DNA of 62,906 bases, the filler included. It is 9 parts of 9 records of this genome, joined end to end, with 100 filler letters (N's around TTAATTAATTAA, not from the genome) between each part and the next. Parts side by side here need not be neighbours in the genome. Positions count along the whole stretch, not along the records: positions 17,200 to 26,583 come from SRR31147125_185632; positions 26,684 to 32,897 come from SRR31147125_186408; 7 more parts are not named here. One strand, 5' to 3'. The notes under the pieces were generated by a model. That model was given only the letters and a program-made list of their open reading frames with translations. It ran no database searches and was not told the origin of the DNA. A program made the translations under genes and the position numbers. The number at the start of each line of letters is the position of its first letter. Position 1 is the first letter of the stretch. Positions 20,596-28,836 of the stretch are shown here, in pieces.

Positions 20596-21048
20596 CTATC
20601 TGAGCTTGCCCATAGTCAGTACTCTGGAGGCATAAAGGCTGTTGATATAGTCGGCCTGACCCGAATCGATCTCGTGAAACTGTAACCCGACTTTATACCC
20701 GCCGTCCACCTCGCTGACCTGGCGGACAACCGCGCTTGTGAGGATTTTCTGGGTGCCGAGGAAAAAGCCCAGTTTCACATTCTGCCTGACCTCCAGCCGC
20801 CTCTTCAGGAACACCGCGATCCCGACTCCGCTGATATCGACGAGACGGCCGTCGGTAGTGAATCCGGATGTCGCGATCCTGACGGAGACCGCTTTCACCT
20901 CGAAGATCGCGGTGATCTCCCCCACCGTAAGACGCTCGAACTGCCGCTTGCCAAGGGATGTTTCCGCAGCGTACTCCCAATCGACCTCAAGGCTATCCAG
21001 GGAAGGGATATTGTCCCAGCCTTTAGTTTCTTCTTCTCTCATGCTCAA
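20596..21048 (-). CDS. PilZ-domain protein
   Basis: KRQFER (RxxxR) and DISGVG (DxSxxG) motifs; ends with YKVGLQF. Confidence 0.88.
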   Translation of the reverse strand: MSMREEETKGWDNIPSLDSLEVDWEYAAETSLGKRQFERLTVGEITAIFEVKAVSVRIATSGFTTDGRLVDISGVGIAVFLKRRLEVRQNVKLGFFLGTQKILTSAVVRQVSEVDGGYKVGLQFHEIDSGQADYINSLYASRVLTMGKLR

Positions 21049-21175
21049 ACCTGTAAACTATCATTCGGACAGCGCGGCAACAGCAGTGCCCAACGCGACT
21101 CCCGTGCGAACCGCACTGACCAGATACTTTATCCGATAATCCGAGAAGAAACAACGACGAGGAACAGAAAGGGGA

Positions 21176-21201
21176 AAGGCGGGGCATACCGACCCCGCCT
21201 T
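21176..21201 (-). terminator. Probable terminator of the orp-type operon
   Basis: AAGGCGGGG-N8-CCCCGCCTT hairpin downstream of the last operon gene; a second hairpin GGGTCAG/CTGACCC lies nearby. Confidence 0.55.
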
Positions 21202-21244
21202 CGCTCCTGCTATAAACGGGTCAGACCTGACCCAGGGGTTTTTG

Positions 21245-21658
21245 TCACGTGGTTGTCGAATGCAGAGTCCGGGCGATATAATCCTCGACACTTTTCTGCA
21301 GCGTCGTTTCGGCGAGCTGCGCGCAGTGCAGGTGGGATTCGGGAAGCTCCCCCACCAGGTCCATGATGGAGATCATGTTGATCTTCTTCACTTCCCCGAT
21401 GGTCTTGTCCCGCGCCAGCATCGCCGCGCCCTCGACACAGAGCTTGCTATAGGCACACCCGTCGGTCCAGCAGTGCGTGGAGGTGACAACGTTGTCCTCC
21501 ACCCGCAGACCGATCTCCATCGTGTCCCCGCAGTTGCCGGCCACCTTCGCGATCCCCTCGGGACTCTCGATAACCGGGTTTCCAAAGTAGTGCAGCAGAA
21601 ACCAGACAAGTCCCACAGCCAGGACCAACAGAATTGCAACCAACAGATTTGTTACCAT
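21245..21658 (-). CDS. IscU/NifU-N-like scaffold with an N-terminal transmembrane helix
   Basis: LLVAILLVLAVGLVWFLLHYF, then GNCGDTM, DGCAYS and LPESHLHCA. Confidence 0.85.
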   Translation of the reverse strand: MVTNLLVAILLVLAVGLVWFLLHYFGNPVIESPEGIAKVAGNCGDTMEIGLRVEDNVVTSTHCWTDGCAYSKLCVEGAAMLARDKTIGEVKKINMISIMDLVGELPESHLHCAQLAETTLQKSVEDYIARTLHSTTT

Positions 21659-21708
21659 AACTCACGGCTCGGCCTGGAAATTCCAGGCTGGAAACGGCGC
21701 TATCAGGA

Positions 21709-22173
21709 TTATCTGCTCCTCTCCCTGTCGACAACACTGATCATGTAATTGTTGAGGGCTTCCTGTAACGCACTGATTGCCAGTGTTGCGCAATGTGTCT
21801 CCTCAGAGGGAAAGGTGCCGATTGTGTTTAACACATCTTCAGGCGTCAACTCAAGCAATTCCTCCGGGTTTTTGCCATGGGCGAGCTCCGCGGTAAAAGA
21901 CCCGCATAACGCACTCGAACCGCAGCCGTCGGTCGTGTAGCTCGCCTTTGCAACCCGTTCCCCGTTGAATTTCAGGTAGATATTGATGGTGTCCCCGCAG
22001 CCGCCCAGCACCCCGCCGGACGCATCCGCGTCGGCGTCTTCGAGCGGGCCGTTGAACCGGGGATTGCGCCACCGCTCGAAGCCTTTTTCACCGTATGCCT
22101 GCCGCGCATCATCGAAGACCTGGTCCTGCAGCTGCATGACTATCGCATCAAACGCTTTATCGGTCATAGACAT
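21709..22173 (-). CDS. IscU/NifU-N-like Fe-S scaffold protein
   Basis: NPRFNG, GCGDTI, DGCGSS and EETHCA. Confidence 0.88.
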   Translation of the reverse strand: MSMTDKAFDAIVMQLQDQVFDDARQAYGEKGFERWRNPRFNGPLEDADADASGGVLGGCGDTINIYLKFNGERVAKASYTTDGCGSSALCGSFTAELAHGKNPEELLELTPEDVLNTIGTFPSEETHCATLAISALQEALNNYMISVVDRERSR

Positions 22174-22196
22174 AATTTGCGTTCCTCAACTCCTCT

Positions 22197-22562
22197 CTAC
22201 CAGTGCGCGTCGGCATTTGCCGCATCGGTGTATTCAACCTTGTCAGCCTTCAACAACTCCACCGCCTCGGCAACCGTTCCCCCGACATCGCTGACCACCT
22301 TCACACCGGCGGCCTCCAGCGTCTGGAAGGCCTTCGGCCCGCAGTAGCCCGTCATCAGGACGTCGGCCCCCTTGTCATGAACCATGGTCGCCGCCTGAAT
22401 GCCGGCCCCTTTGAACGAATTCACATTGGCTGAATTGTCGACCGCCTCGAAGGCCATGGACTCGGTATCGACGATCATGATGTAGGCCGCACGCCCGAAC
22501 CGCGGGTCGACCTCGCTTCCCAACTCCGTTCCTTTCGCTGATATTGCAACTTTCATCGTCAT
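22197..22562 (-). CDS. NifB/NifX-family protein, Orange protein (ORP)-like
   Basis: KVAISA...VDPRFGRA...GAGIQAA...TGYCGPKAFQTLEAAGV. Confidence 0.88.
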   Translation of the reverse strand: MTMKVAISAKGTELGSEVDPRFGRAAYIMIVDTESMAFEAVDNSANVNSFKGAGIQAATMVHDKGADVLMTGYCGPKAFQTLEAAGVKVVSDVGGTVAEAVELLKADKVEYTDAANADAHW

Positions 22563-22585
22563 GCTCCTTCAAAATGTCTCTATGC

Positions 22586-22969
22586 TTATTGACCGCCACC
22601 GCCGCCGCAGACCTGGTCATCGGATATCATCGGCAGTTTCCCTGCAAGCAGGTCCTCAACCACCGGCCGGATGTCGATCCGCTCCGCGTCATGATACACG
22701 TCGATACCGACCTGCCTGAAGCCCATCAACGGACGCATCCCGATTCCGCCGACGATCAGCGCATTCACGTTGTGCGATGAAAGCAGGTTGACCGGCACCA
22801 TGCAGCCGCCCTGGACATGCTCCTGGTTCTGAATCGTGGTTACTGACGTGATCTCCCCGTTCTCTGTGTCGATACAGGTGAATACGTCGCAATGGCCGAA
22901 ATGGCCGGCTCGCTGGCCGTCAAGTCCGCCGTTTCCTAAAGATGGTACTGCTACACGCATTTTCGTCAT
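22586..22969 (-). CDS. NifB/NifX-family protein (His/Cys-rich)
   Basis: RVAVPS...AGHFGHCDVF...EHVQGGC...LIVGGIGMRP...CGGGG. Confidence 0.88.
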   Translation of the reverse strand: MTKMRVAVPSLGNGGLDGQRAGHFGHCDVFTCIDTENGEITSVTTIQNQEHVQGGCMVPVNLLSSHNVNALIVGGIGMRPLMGFRQVGIDVYHDAERIDIRPVVEDLLAGKLPMISDDQVCGGGGGQ

Positions 22970-22982
22970 GGGTTTCTCCTTG

Positions 22983-23885
22983 TTATTTGATTGTTGGAAT
23001 AACGCGCATTTCTTCTTTCGTAAACTCTTCCGTCGACAGCACGCGCCGCCACACGGTTTCCACTGTAGATGCAAGCTGAGAGTCGGGATCGTACTCCTGG
23101 ATCGTCTGCGCTTCCACCATTGCTTTTGTGAAGGCAGGATCGAAAGGAATCCGGCCGACCATCAGCAGGTTCCGCTTCCTGGTTTCCGCCTCGATCACGC
23201 CGGTCATATCCCGGTTGAGGTCGTACTTGTTGATGCAGACCATTGTCGGGATCTTGAAGTGGGCGGCAAGATCGGCCACCCGCTCCATGTCGTGCAGGCC
23301 GGAAAGCGTCGGTTCGACGACGATCAGGACGGCGGTTGCACCTGTTGTCGCGGCAATCACCGGACAGCCGATGCCCGGCGGGCCGTCGGTGACGATCATC
23401 CGGTTCCCGTTCTTCTCCGCCAGCTCACGGGCCTCTTTGCGGATCACGCTGACCAGCTTGCCGGAATTTTCTTCGCCGATCCCGAGGTGGGCATGAACCA
23501 TCGGTCCGAAGCGGGTACCGGAGACAAACCACTCGCCGCATTTGCGGGGCAGAAAGTCTATCGCATCTGCGGGGCAGAACGCGTTACACACACCGCACCC
23601 CTCGCACTCGACCTGATCGACTACGAAATCGTCACTGATCGCGCCAAACTGACAGCGCTCGACACAGATCCCGCATTCGGTGCAGCGCTCCGGATCGATC
23701 TCGGCTTTGCTTCCGCCGATAAAATCATGCTTCTGTTCGACCCGGGGGGCGAGCAGCAGGTGCAGATCGGCTGCGTCGACATCGGTATCGCACAACATGG
23801 AATTCTCGGCCAGCGATGCAAATGCGGCGGTGAGACTTGTCTTACCGGTACCGCCCTTGCCGCTGATGATCACCAGCTCTTTCAT
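22983..23885 (-). CDS. MinD/ParA-like P-loop ATPase with a 2x[4Fe-4S] insert
   Basis: SGKGGTGKT, DTDVDAADLHL, CTECGICVERC, CEGCGVCNAFCP and DGPPGIGCP. Confidence 0.93.
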   Translation of the reverse strand: MKELVIISGKGGTGKTSLTAAFASLAENSMLCDTDVDAADLHLLLAPRVEQKHDFIGGSKAEIDPERCTECGICVERCQFGAISDDFVVDQVECEGCGVCNAFCPADAIDFLPRKCGEWFVSGTRFGPMVHAHLGIGEENSGKLVSVIRKEARELAEKNGNRMIVTDGPPGIGCPVIAATTGATAVLIVVEPTLSGLHDMERVADLAAHFKIPTMVCINKYDLNRDMTGVIEAETRKRNLLMVGRIPFDPAFTKAMVEAQTIQEYDPDSQLASTVETVWRRVLSTEEFTKEEMRVIPTIK

Positions 23886-24736
23886 TGAACCACCTCCGAC
23901 AGAGCGATATACGCACTGATTTTAGCGAACAGCTCACGGTATTTTTCACGCCACTCCGGCGACTCTTCCACCAGCAGCCGGCCCTGTGAGTACCACTCGG
24001 CAATGGTGCGCTCAAACGGTATCTCCATCAGTACCGGAATGGCTTCCTTCTCCGCATACCGGTACACGTCATCGGTGCCGATATCGGCACGGTTGATTAC
24101 CAGACCGCACGGTTTACCAAGCTGACGCAACGCCTCGACCGTCAGCTTGAGGTCGTGCAGTCCGAACGGTGTCGGCTCGGTGACCAGCAGCACGAAATCG
24201 CTGTCCTTCATAGCCGCTATCGCAGGGCAGGATGTCCCCGGAGGCGCATCGATGATGACCAGTTCATCCGGCTGAATCAGCGACTGCACCCGTCCGATCA
24301 GCGGCGGGCTCATGGCCTCACCGACGCGGAGCAGGCCGTAACTGAAGGTGATTTTCCGCCAGGTCCCGGTTTCAATCGTCCCCAGTTTCCGCTGGCCATC
24401 GCTGATTGCCTGTTCCGGACAGATCATCTGGCACCCGAGACAGCTGTGACACAGCTCCGGGAATACCAGTACCTTTGTACCGATGACCGCCAGCGCGTTG
24501 AATTCACAGAGTTTCGCACATTCGCCACACCCGGTGCAGCAGTCCTCTTCTATGCGCGGCACGAAGGTCGACTCCACGTTTGATTCCAGATTTTCCGGCT
24601 TGATGAACAGATGGATGTTCGGTTCTTCGACATCGCAGTCAAGCAGCCTCAGATTTCTGTCGAGGCTGGCCGCGAGATTGGTTGAGACGGTCGTTTTACC
24701 GGTTCCGCCCTTGCCGCTTGCCACACTGATTATCAT
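23882..24736 (-). CDS. MinD/ParA-like P-loop ATPase with a 2x[4Fe-4S] insert (paralog)
   Basis: ASGKGGTGKT, DCDVEEPN, CTGCGECAKLC, CHSCLGCQMICP and DAPPGTSCP. Confidence 0.93.
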   Translation of the reverse strand: MIISVASGKGGTGKTTVSTNLAASLDRNLRLLDCDVEEPNIHLFIKPENLESNVESTFVPRIEEDCCTGCGECAKLCEFNALAVIGTKVLVFPELCHSCLGCQMICPEQAISDGQRKLGTIETGTWRKITFSYGLLRVGEAMSPPLIGRVQSLIQPDELVIIDAPPGTSCPAIAAMKDSDFVLLVTEPTPFGLHDLKLTVEALRQLGKPCGLVINRADIGTDDVYRYAEKEAIPVLMEIPFERTIAEWYSQGRLLVEESPEWREKYRELFAKISAYIALSEVVQ

Positions 24737-24767
24737 TGCATTCACACAAAGTTGTCGCGTTACGCGA

Positions 24768-25139
24768 TCAATAGATTCTGGCCAGACAGTCACGGAGTTT
24801 TTCCGCGTCCGCCTTTCCCGGTGTCGGGGACAGCTGCATGAGCACACCCAGTCCCTCAGTAACCTCGTGAAACTCCTCTGCGGGGAGAGGCGACACCAGC
24901 GCTGTATTGCTAAAGGGATTTTTCATTACCACCCGTTTGATGAGATCGAGCCCGCTGCCCTCAGCCACCTCTTCGGCGGCAACGACGACATCCACCTCGT
25001 TCGCGGCCGCGGCAGCGACCACGTCGTCTCCGGAGCTCAGGCACTCTATCTTGCAGGAAGCTTCATCTCCCAGCGCAGCACTGAACTCCTCGAAATATCC
25101 ATTCTGGCTGCTGACACATATGATGGTGAGATCTTTCAT
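24768..25139 (-). CDS. Atypical receiver-fold protein
   Basis: CheY-like pattern (SSGDDVV...VDVVVAAEEV.EGSGLDLIK) without the phospho-acceptor Asp. Confidence 0.7.
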   Translation of the reverse strand: MKDLTIICVSSQNGYFEEFSAALGDEASCKIECLSSGDDVVAAAAANEVDVVVAAEEVAEGSGLDLIKRVVMKNPFSNTALVSPLPAEEFHEVTEGLGVLMQLSPTPGKADAEKLRDCLARIY

Positions 25140-25471
25140 GGTTTCTCGTCTAGTCCTATTTTTTTTGTATCGTCTACCGGCTGCAGTTGCTCCGGGATGT
25201 TTTCGTCGTTCCGGGTGTCTTGAAGAGGACCGGGGGCCCTGTCGACCCGGCCCAGAGCCTGCAACCGCATCTTTTCCACCTCGCAGACAATCAGTCCGGC
25301 AACGGAAGAGAGGAGCCTGCATACCTGCGAAACAACAGACCGGATCCCCCCGGTCTCTGCCATCCGGCCATCGCTGCAGCGCTGATCCCGCAACTGCTGC
25401 CCCATCCGGTTTGAGCAGTGCCTGCCGCCGGGACGTTTTCCTCTTCCCGTTCCAGTGGAGCGTCGGTTCAT
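25136..25471 (-). CDS. Hypothetical protein (Gly/Arg-rich N-terminus)
   Basis: Fills the operon gap with a GGAG RBS and an ATGA overlap with the next gene. Confidence 0.55.
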   Translation of the reverse strand: MNRRSTGTGRGKRPGGRHCSNRMGQQLRDQRCSDGRMAETGGIRSVVSQVCRLLSSVAGLIVCEVEKMRLQALGRVDRAPGPLQDTRNDENIPEQLQPVDDTKKIGLDEKP

Positions 25472-25508
25472 CGTTTCTCCTCCGACCTCATCGGGCAGCA
25501 ATGGCCCC

Positions 25509-25856
25509 TCATTTCAGCGTTTCCTTATCACAGCCTGGCATGATAAAGGAATCGATCGGTTCATTAGCCGCATAGAGATCCAGGAATTTCTCTGCATTCC
25601 CGCTGACGAACGGAAGCAGCTTCACCTCGGCCTGCTGAATGATTTCTGCAGGTCGCTCGGATATCGCACCACAGATCAGCGTGTCGATCCCCTTCTCAAC
25701 AAGCATCCGGGCAATACCCGATGCAACGAGTCTGGGCAGAAATTCCCGGTGCCGGTGTACAATCGCTCCATCCTCGATATCGGCGAGCAGGATGGTCTGG
25801 GCGGCATCAAAAACCGGCGATATTCGATTGCCCCAGACGGTCATCGCAACTTTCAT
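25509..25856 (-). CDS. NifB/NifX-family protein, first gene of the operon
   Basis: MKVAMTVWGNRISPVFDAA...DTLICGAIS. Confidence 0.88.
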   Translation of the reverse strand: MKVAMTVWGNRISPVFDAAQTILLADIEDGAIVHRHREFLPRLVASGIARMLVEKGIDTLICGAISERPAEIIQQAEVKLLPFVSGNAEKFLDLYAANEPIDSFIMPGCDKETLK

Positions 25857-25901
25857 CGAATCAATTCCTCATTGGTAGTGGTTATCCTTCCCCACCTATA
25901 A

Positions 25902-25917
25902 AGCAAGCCTGATGCCA
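25902..25917 (-). promoter_or_regulatory. Sigma54 promoter of the orp-type operon
   Basis: TGGCAT-CAGGC-TTGCT on the minus strand. Confidence 0.88.
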
Positions 25918-26014
25918 CCCTGGAGATGATTCTTGGTAAATCGAATAAAGCATATTATTTCAGCACTATAGATTAACCACAAAAAGGCATGTGCGAAACC
26001 GGAATTGCGGAACA

Positions 26015-26063
26015 GTCGCATCGGTGCGACCATCGGAGCGGGAAAGCGTCGCAGCGATGCGAC
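26015..26063. promoter_or_regulatory. Paired palindromic enhancer sites (UAS)
   Basis: GTCGCA-N4-TGCGAC at 26015-26030 and 26048-26063, 33 bp apart, about 100-145 bp upstream of the sigma54 site. Confidence 0.75.
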
Positions 26064-26073
26064 GCTCCGGATG

Positions 26074-26583
26074 TCAGGAGCGGGAACGTCCGTCCCGGGC
26101 AGGAAGGGATATATTGAGCCGGTTGATCTTGCGGAACAGGGTGGATTTATGCATGCCGAGTTTTCTGGCTGCGGCCGTACGGTTGTAGCCAACCTTCTCG
26201 AGCATTCTGATGATCGTGTCGCGCTCGCTCGCGGCCCGGGCGTTCTGCAGTGTCGAGACCGGCTCATCGTCCAGTTCAGAGGCAGCCGTTATCCGGGAGA
26301 GCGAAGCCGGGAGGTGGGACGCGTTGATCTCCCCATTGGAGCAGAGAATGAAGGCGTATTCGATAATATTTTCGAGTTCCCTGATGTTTCCCGGGTAATC
26401 GTGGGAGCGCAGCATATCTTCTGCGTCGGTGCTCAAACCGGAAACCATTCTCGCCCTGCGCCGGTTCATCTTTTCGATAAAGTGCTCGGCGAGCAGGATG
26501 ATGTCTTCCCGGCGCTGCCGCAGCGGCGGCAGTTCCACGGTTATGATATTGATACGGTAGAGAAGGTCACGCCGAAACTCCCC
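26074..26583 (-). CDS. Sigma54-dependent activator (OrpR-like), 5'-truncated
   Basis: FRRDLLYRINI..ELPPLRQRREDI, YPGNIRELEN and a Fis-type HTH (NRTAAARKLGMHKSTLFRKI). Confidence 0.92.
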   Translation of the reverse strand, partial: GEFRRDLLYRINIITVELPPLRQRREDIILLAEHFIEKMNRRRARMVSGLSTDAEDMLRSHDYPGNIRELENIIEYAFILCSNGEINASHLPASLSRITAASELDDEPVSTLQNARAASERDTIIRMLEKVGYNRTAAARKLGMHKSTLFRKINRLNISLPARDGRSRS

Positions 26584-26683
26584 NNNNNNNNNNNNNNNNN
26601 NNNNNNNNNNNNNNNNNNNNNNNNNNNTTAATTAATTAANNNNNNNNNNNNNNNNNNNNNNNNNNNNNNNNNNNNNNNNNNNN

Positions 26684-27292
26684 CCTGGCACCCAGGGAAA
26701 GATCTTCCATGACCATGGCCACGGCCCGGGTCAGATCCCCGGCCGCCTCCCCCGGGAAGCCTTCGTGACTTGGAAGGGACGGACAGATCCCGGCCAGTTC
26801 CGTTTCCCTGTCTGAATCCAGAAAGACCAGGTAGAGCATGGCCTCTATAATGGATTTAACCTCAAAATGGATATGGGGATCGTGGCTGGCCCTGGGACCG
26901 GCCACATTGAGCACCCGGATATGATTTTCAAGGATAAAGGAATGGAGAATCAGTGCGGCCTCAAAAGTATCCTGGTTCATGAGATCAATGTGGCAGACCG
27001 GTTTTACCGCTACCCGGGCAAATGAATGGGTCAGTTTGGACCCTCCGGTGAGGGCCCCCCTGGATATGATAACCGTGCCTTCCGAATCCAGGATATTTTT
27101 CCGGGTCCTTTCAGGATAATCCGGTTCCGGCATCTCCCTGAGAAGGTAGATTTCAGGCAGGGGGCCGTCTTCGGTCAGCCTGCCCTTGGGAATCCATCCC
27201 CCGTGGGGAATATCAAATTTAATGGCCGTATCAAGGGCGGCCCGGTCCGCACCGGTCTGTCCCCCTGAAATAATTTTCTCAAGTATGGGCAT
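26684..27292 (-). CDS. SLOG-family 'putative molybdenum carrier' (cpYpsA-like) protein, 3'-truncated
   Basis: KIISGGQTGADRAALD, HGGWIPKGR, RTRKNILDSEGT and LNVAGPRAS. Confidence 0.88.
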
Positions 27293-27404
27293 GACGCCCC
27301 CTTTTCTTAAAAAGTCCTTTTCTATAATAACAGCAAAGCGTATAACTTCAATACCATTTAGGCCTGTCAATTCGTACAAAGGAACCCAGGGGGGAAACCC
27401 AATC

Positions 27405-27962
27405 ATGAATCTGCCCTCGGACAAGGAATGCTTCAGGATCATAAAAGAGATGGAGATGATGGACCATATCATCGACCATTCAGTGATGGTTTCCAATGTG
27501 GCGGTCTGCCTGTGCCGGTCCATTAAACGCCAGGCCCTGAATCCGGATCTGGTCAGAACGGCGGCCCTTCTCCACGATATTACCAAAACCCGGAGCTTTG
27601 ATACCGGGGAAATCCATTCCGAAACCGGGGCCGGCCTGATGCGGGAGAAGGGATATCCTGAAATCGGAGAAATCATCCGTCAGCATGTGATGCTGGACGC
27701 GACATCCCGTAATCATGAGGTCCTGGAATCTGAAATCGTCAATTACGCGGATAAGCGGGTATTGCACGACAAGGTGGTTTCCCTGGATCAGCGCCTGGCC
27801 TATATTAAGGGGAAATACGGGATCAAGCCCGGTTTCGCGCCGATGATCGAAAAAATGTGGGAAGAGACCCTGAGCCTGGAGACAAAATTATTCCGGCACA
27901 TCCCCTTTACCCCTGAGGAACTGCCCGCCAGGGTCCGGCCGGTGGTCAAAAAGGTTCTTTAG
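27405..27962 (+). CDS. HD-domain (HDIG-type) phosphohydrolase
   Basis: DHSVMV, AALLHDITK, H..TGA and IVNYADKRV. Confidence 0.88.
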   Translation: MNLPSDKECFRIIKEMEMMDHIIDHSVMVSNVAVCLCRSIKRQALNPDLVRTAALLHDITKTRSFDTGEIHSETGAGLMREKGYPEIGEIIRQHVMLDATSRNHEVLESEIVNYADKRVLHDKVVSLDQRLAYIKGKYGIKPGFAPMIEKMWEETLSLETKLFRHIPFTPEELPARVRPVVKKVL

Positions 27963-28317
27963 TCTACGATATACTGCTGAACAATGCTGAAAAGGTCGTT
28001 GATGGTAAAGGGCTTGTCCAAAAAGGCATCTGCCCCTGCCGATTGGGCCCTGGCATAGTCTTTTTCCTTTCCCGACATGAGGATGAACACCTTATCGGCC
28101 CATCTGGTCTTGAATTTGCTCAAAAGGGCGAGTCCGTCCATTCCAGGCAGATCCAGATCGGATATGACCATATCCACCTCATTGCCCCCTTCGATATACT
28201 GCCAGGCAGACAGCCCGTCCCGAAAGGAGACCACATCCCGGTTCACACAATAGGACAGGGCATTCACCGTCAGATCCTTGACTTCCGGATCCTCATCCAC
28301 GACCACTATTTTGACAT
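27959..28317 (-). CDS. Stand-alone response regulator receiver
   Basis: VVDED, ISDLDLPGMDG, ILMSG and FLDKPF. The true start is probably ATG TCA AAA (A)TA GTG with one A missing from the run. Confidence 0.88.
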
Positions 28318-28335
28318 TCTCAAGAATAGTAGACC

Positions 28336-28737
28336 TCAGGCAGCATTCAGTATCTTGCGGTATTGGGAAAAATCCTGTGCAGGAAAGACAATTGAAATGA
28401 TGCTGTCAATATTATCCATAACAGCCTCCCGCCTGTGGATGCCAAGGGGATACGCATCACTCACCATGGCCGTTGCCATGACACTGAGCAGCTTGACCCG
28501 TTCCCTGAACAAATGGGCCGCCGCCCTGGATCCCTTGATCCGGATATCCATTTGTGAGACATCTTTATGAAGCCGGGCCGCCGTTTCCATCACAGCCGCT
28601 TTTCTGTATTCTCCCACAGGATAGCCTTCCAGTCTTGCCTTGACCATGATGATCAAAAGCTGGAGCCTCATATTGAATAAAAATTTCCGGTCCATTTTTG
28701 ACGGAGCGTCATTTGTCCGGAGGCCGAATCGTTTCAT
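28336..28737 (-). CDS. Hypothetical protein made of two internal repeats
   Basis: FNMRLQLLIIMVKARLEGYPVGEYRKAAVME and FRERVKLLSVMATAMVSDAYPLGIHRREAVMD. Confidence 0.8.
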   Translation of the reverse strand: MKRFGLRTNDAPSKMDRKFLFNMRLQLLIIMVKARLEGYPVGEYRKAAVMETAARLHKDVSQMDIRIKGSRAAAHLFRERVKLLSVMATAMVSDAYPLGIHRREAVMDNIDSIISIVFPAQDFSQYRKILNAA

Positions 28738-28836
28738 TTTCCATCCTGAATCGGATTAATAAAGCCTAGGTTCTAATCCAAAAAAACTGAATTTTCTTAC
28801 CACATCCCAATAATAATTCATAGTTTTTTTCACGGT

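Noticed and set aside
22197-25856. Nitrogenase cofactor (nif) gene cluster, suggested by the NifB/NifX and NifU-like domains
   Set aside because: There is no nifH/D/K/E/N or radical-SAM NifB; the paired Fe-S MinD ATPases and the ORP-like protein match the orp-type cluster instead.
26684-27292. Functional link between the 'molybdenum carrier' SLOG gene and the neighbouring orp cluster
   Set aside because: They are on different contigs separated by an artificial spacer.
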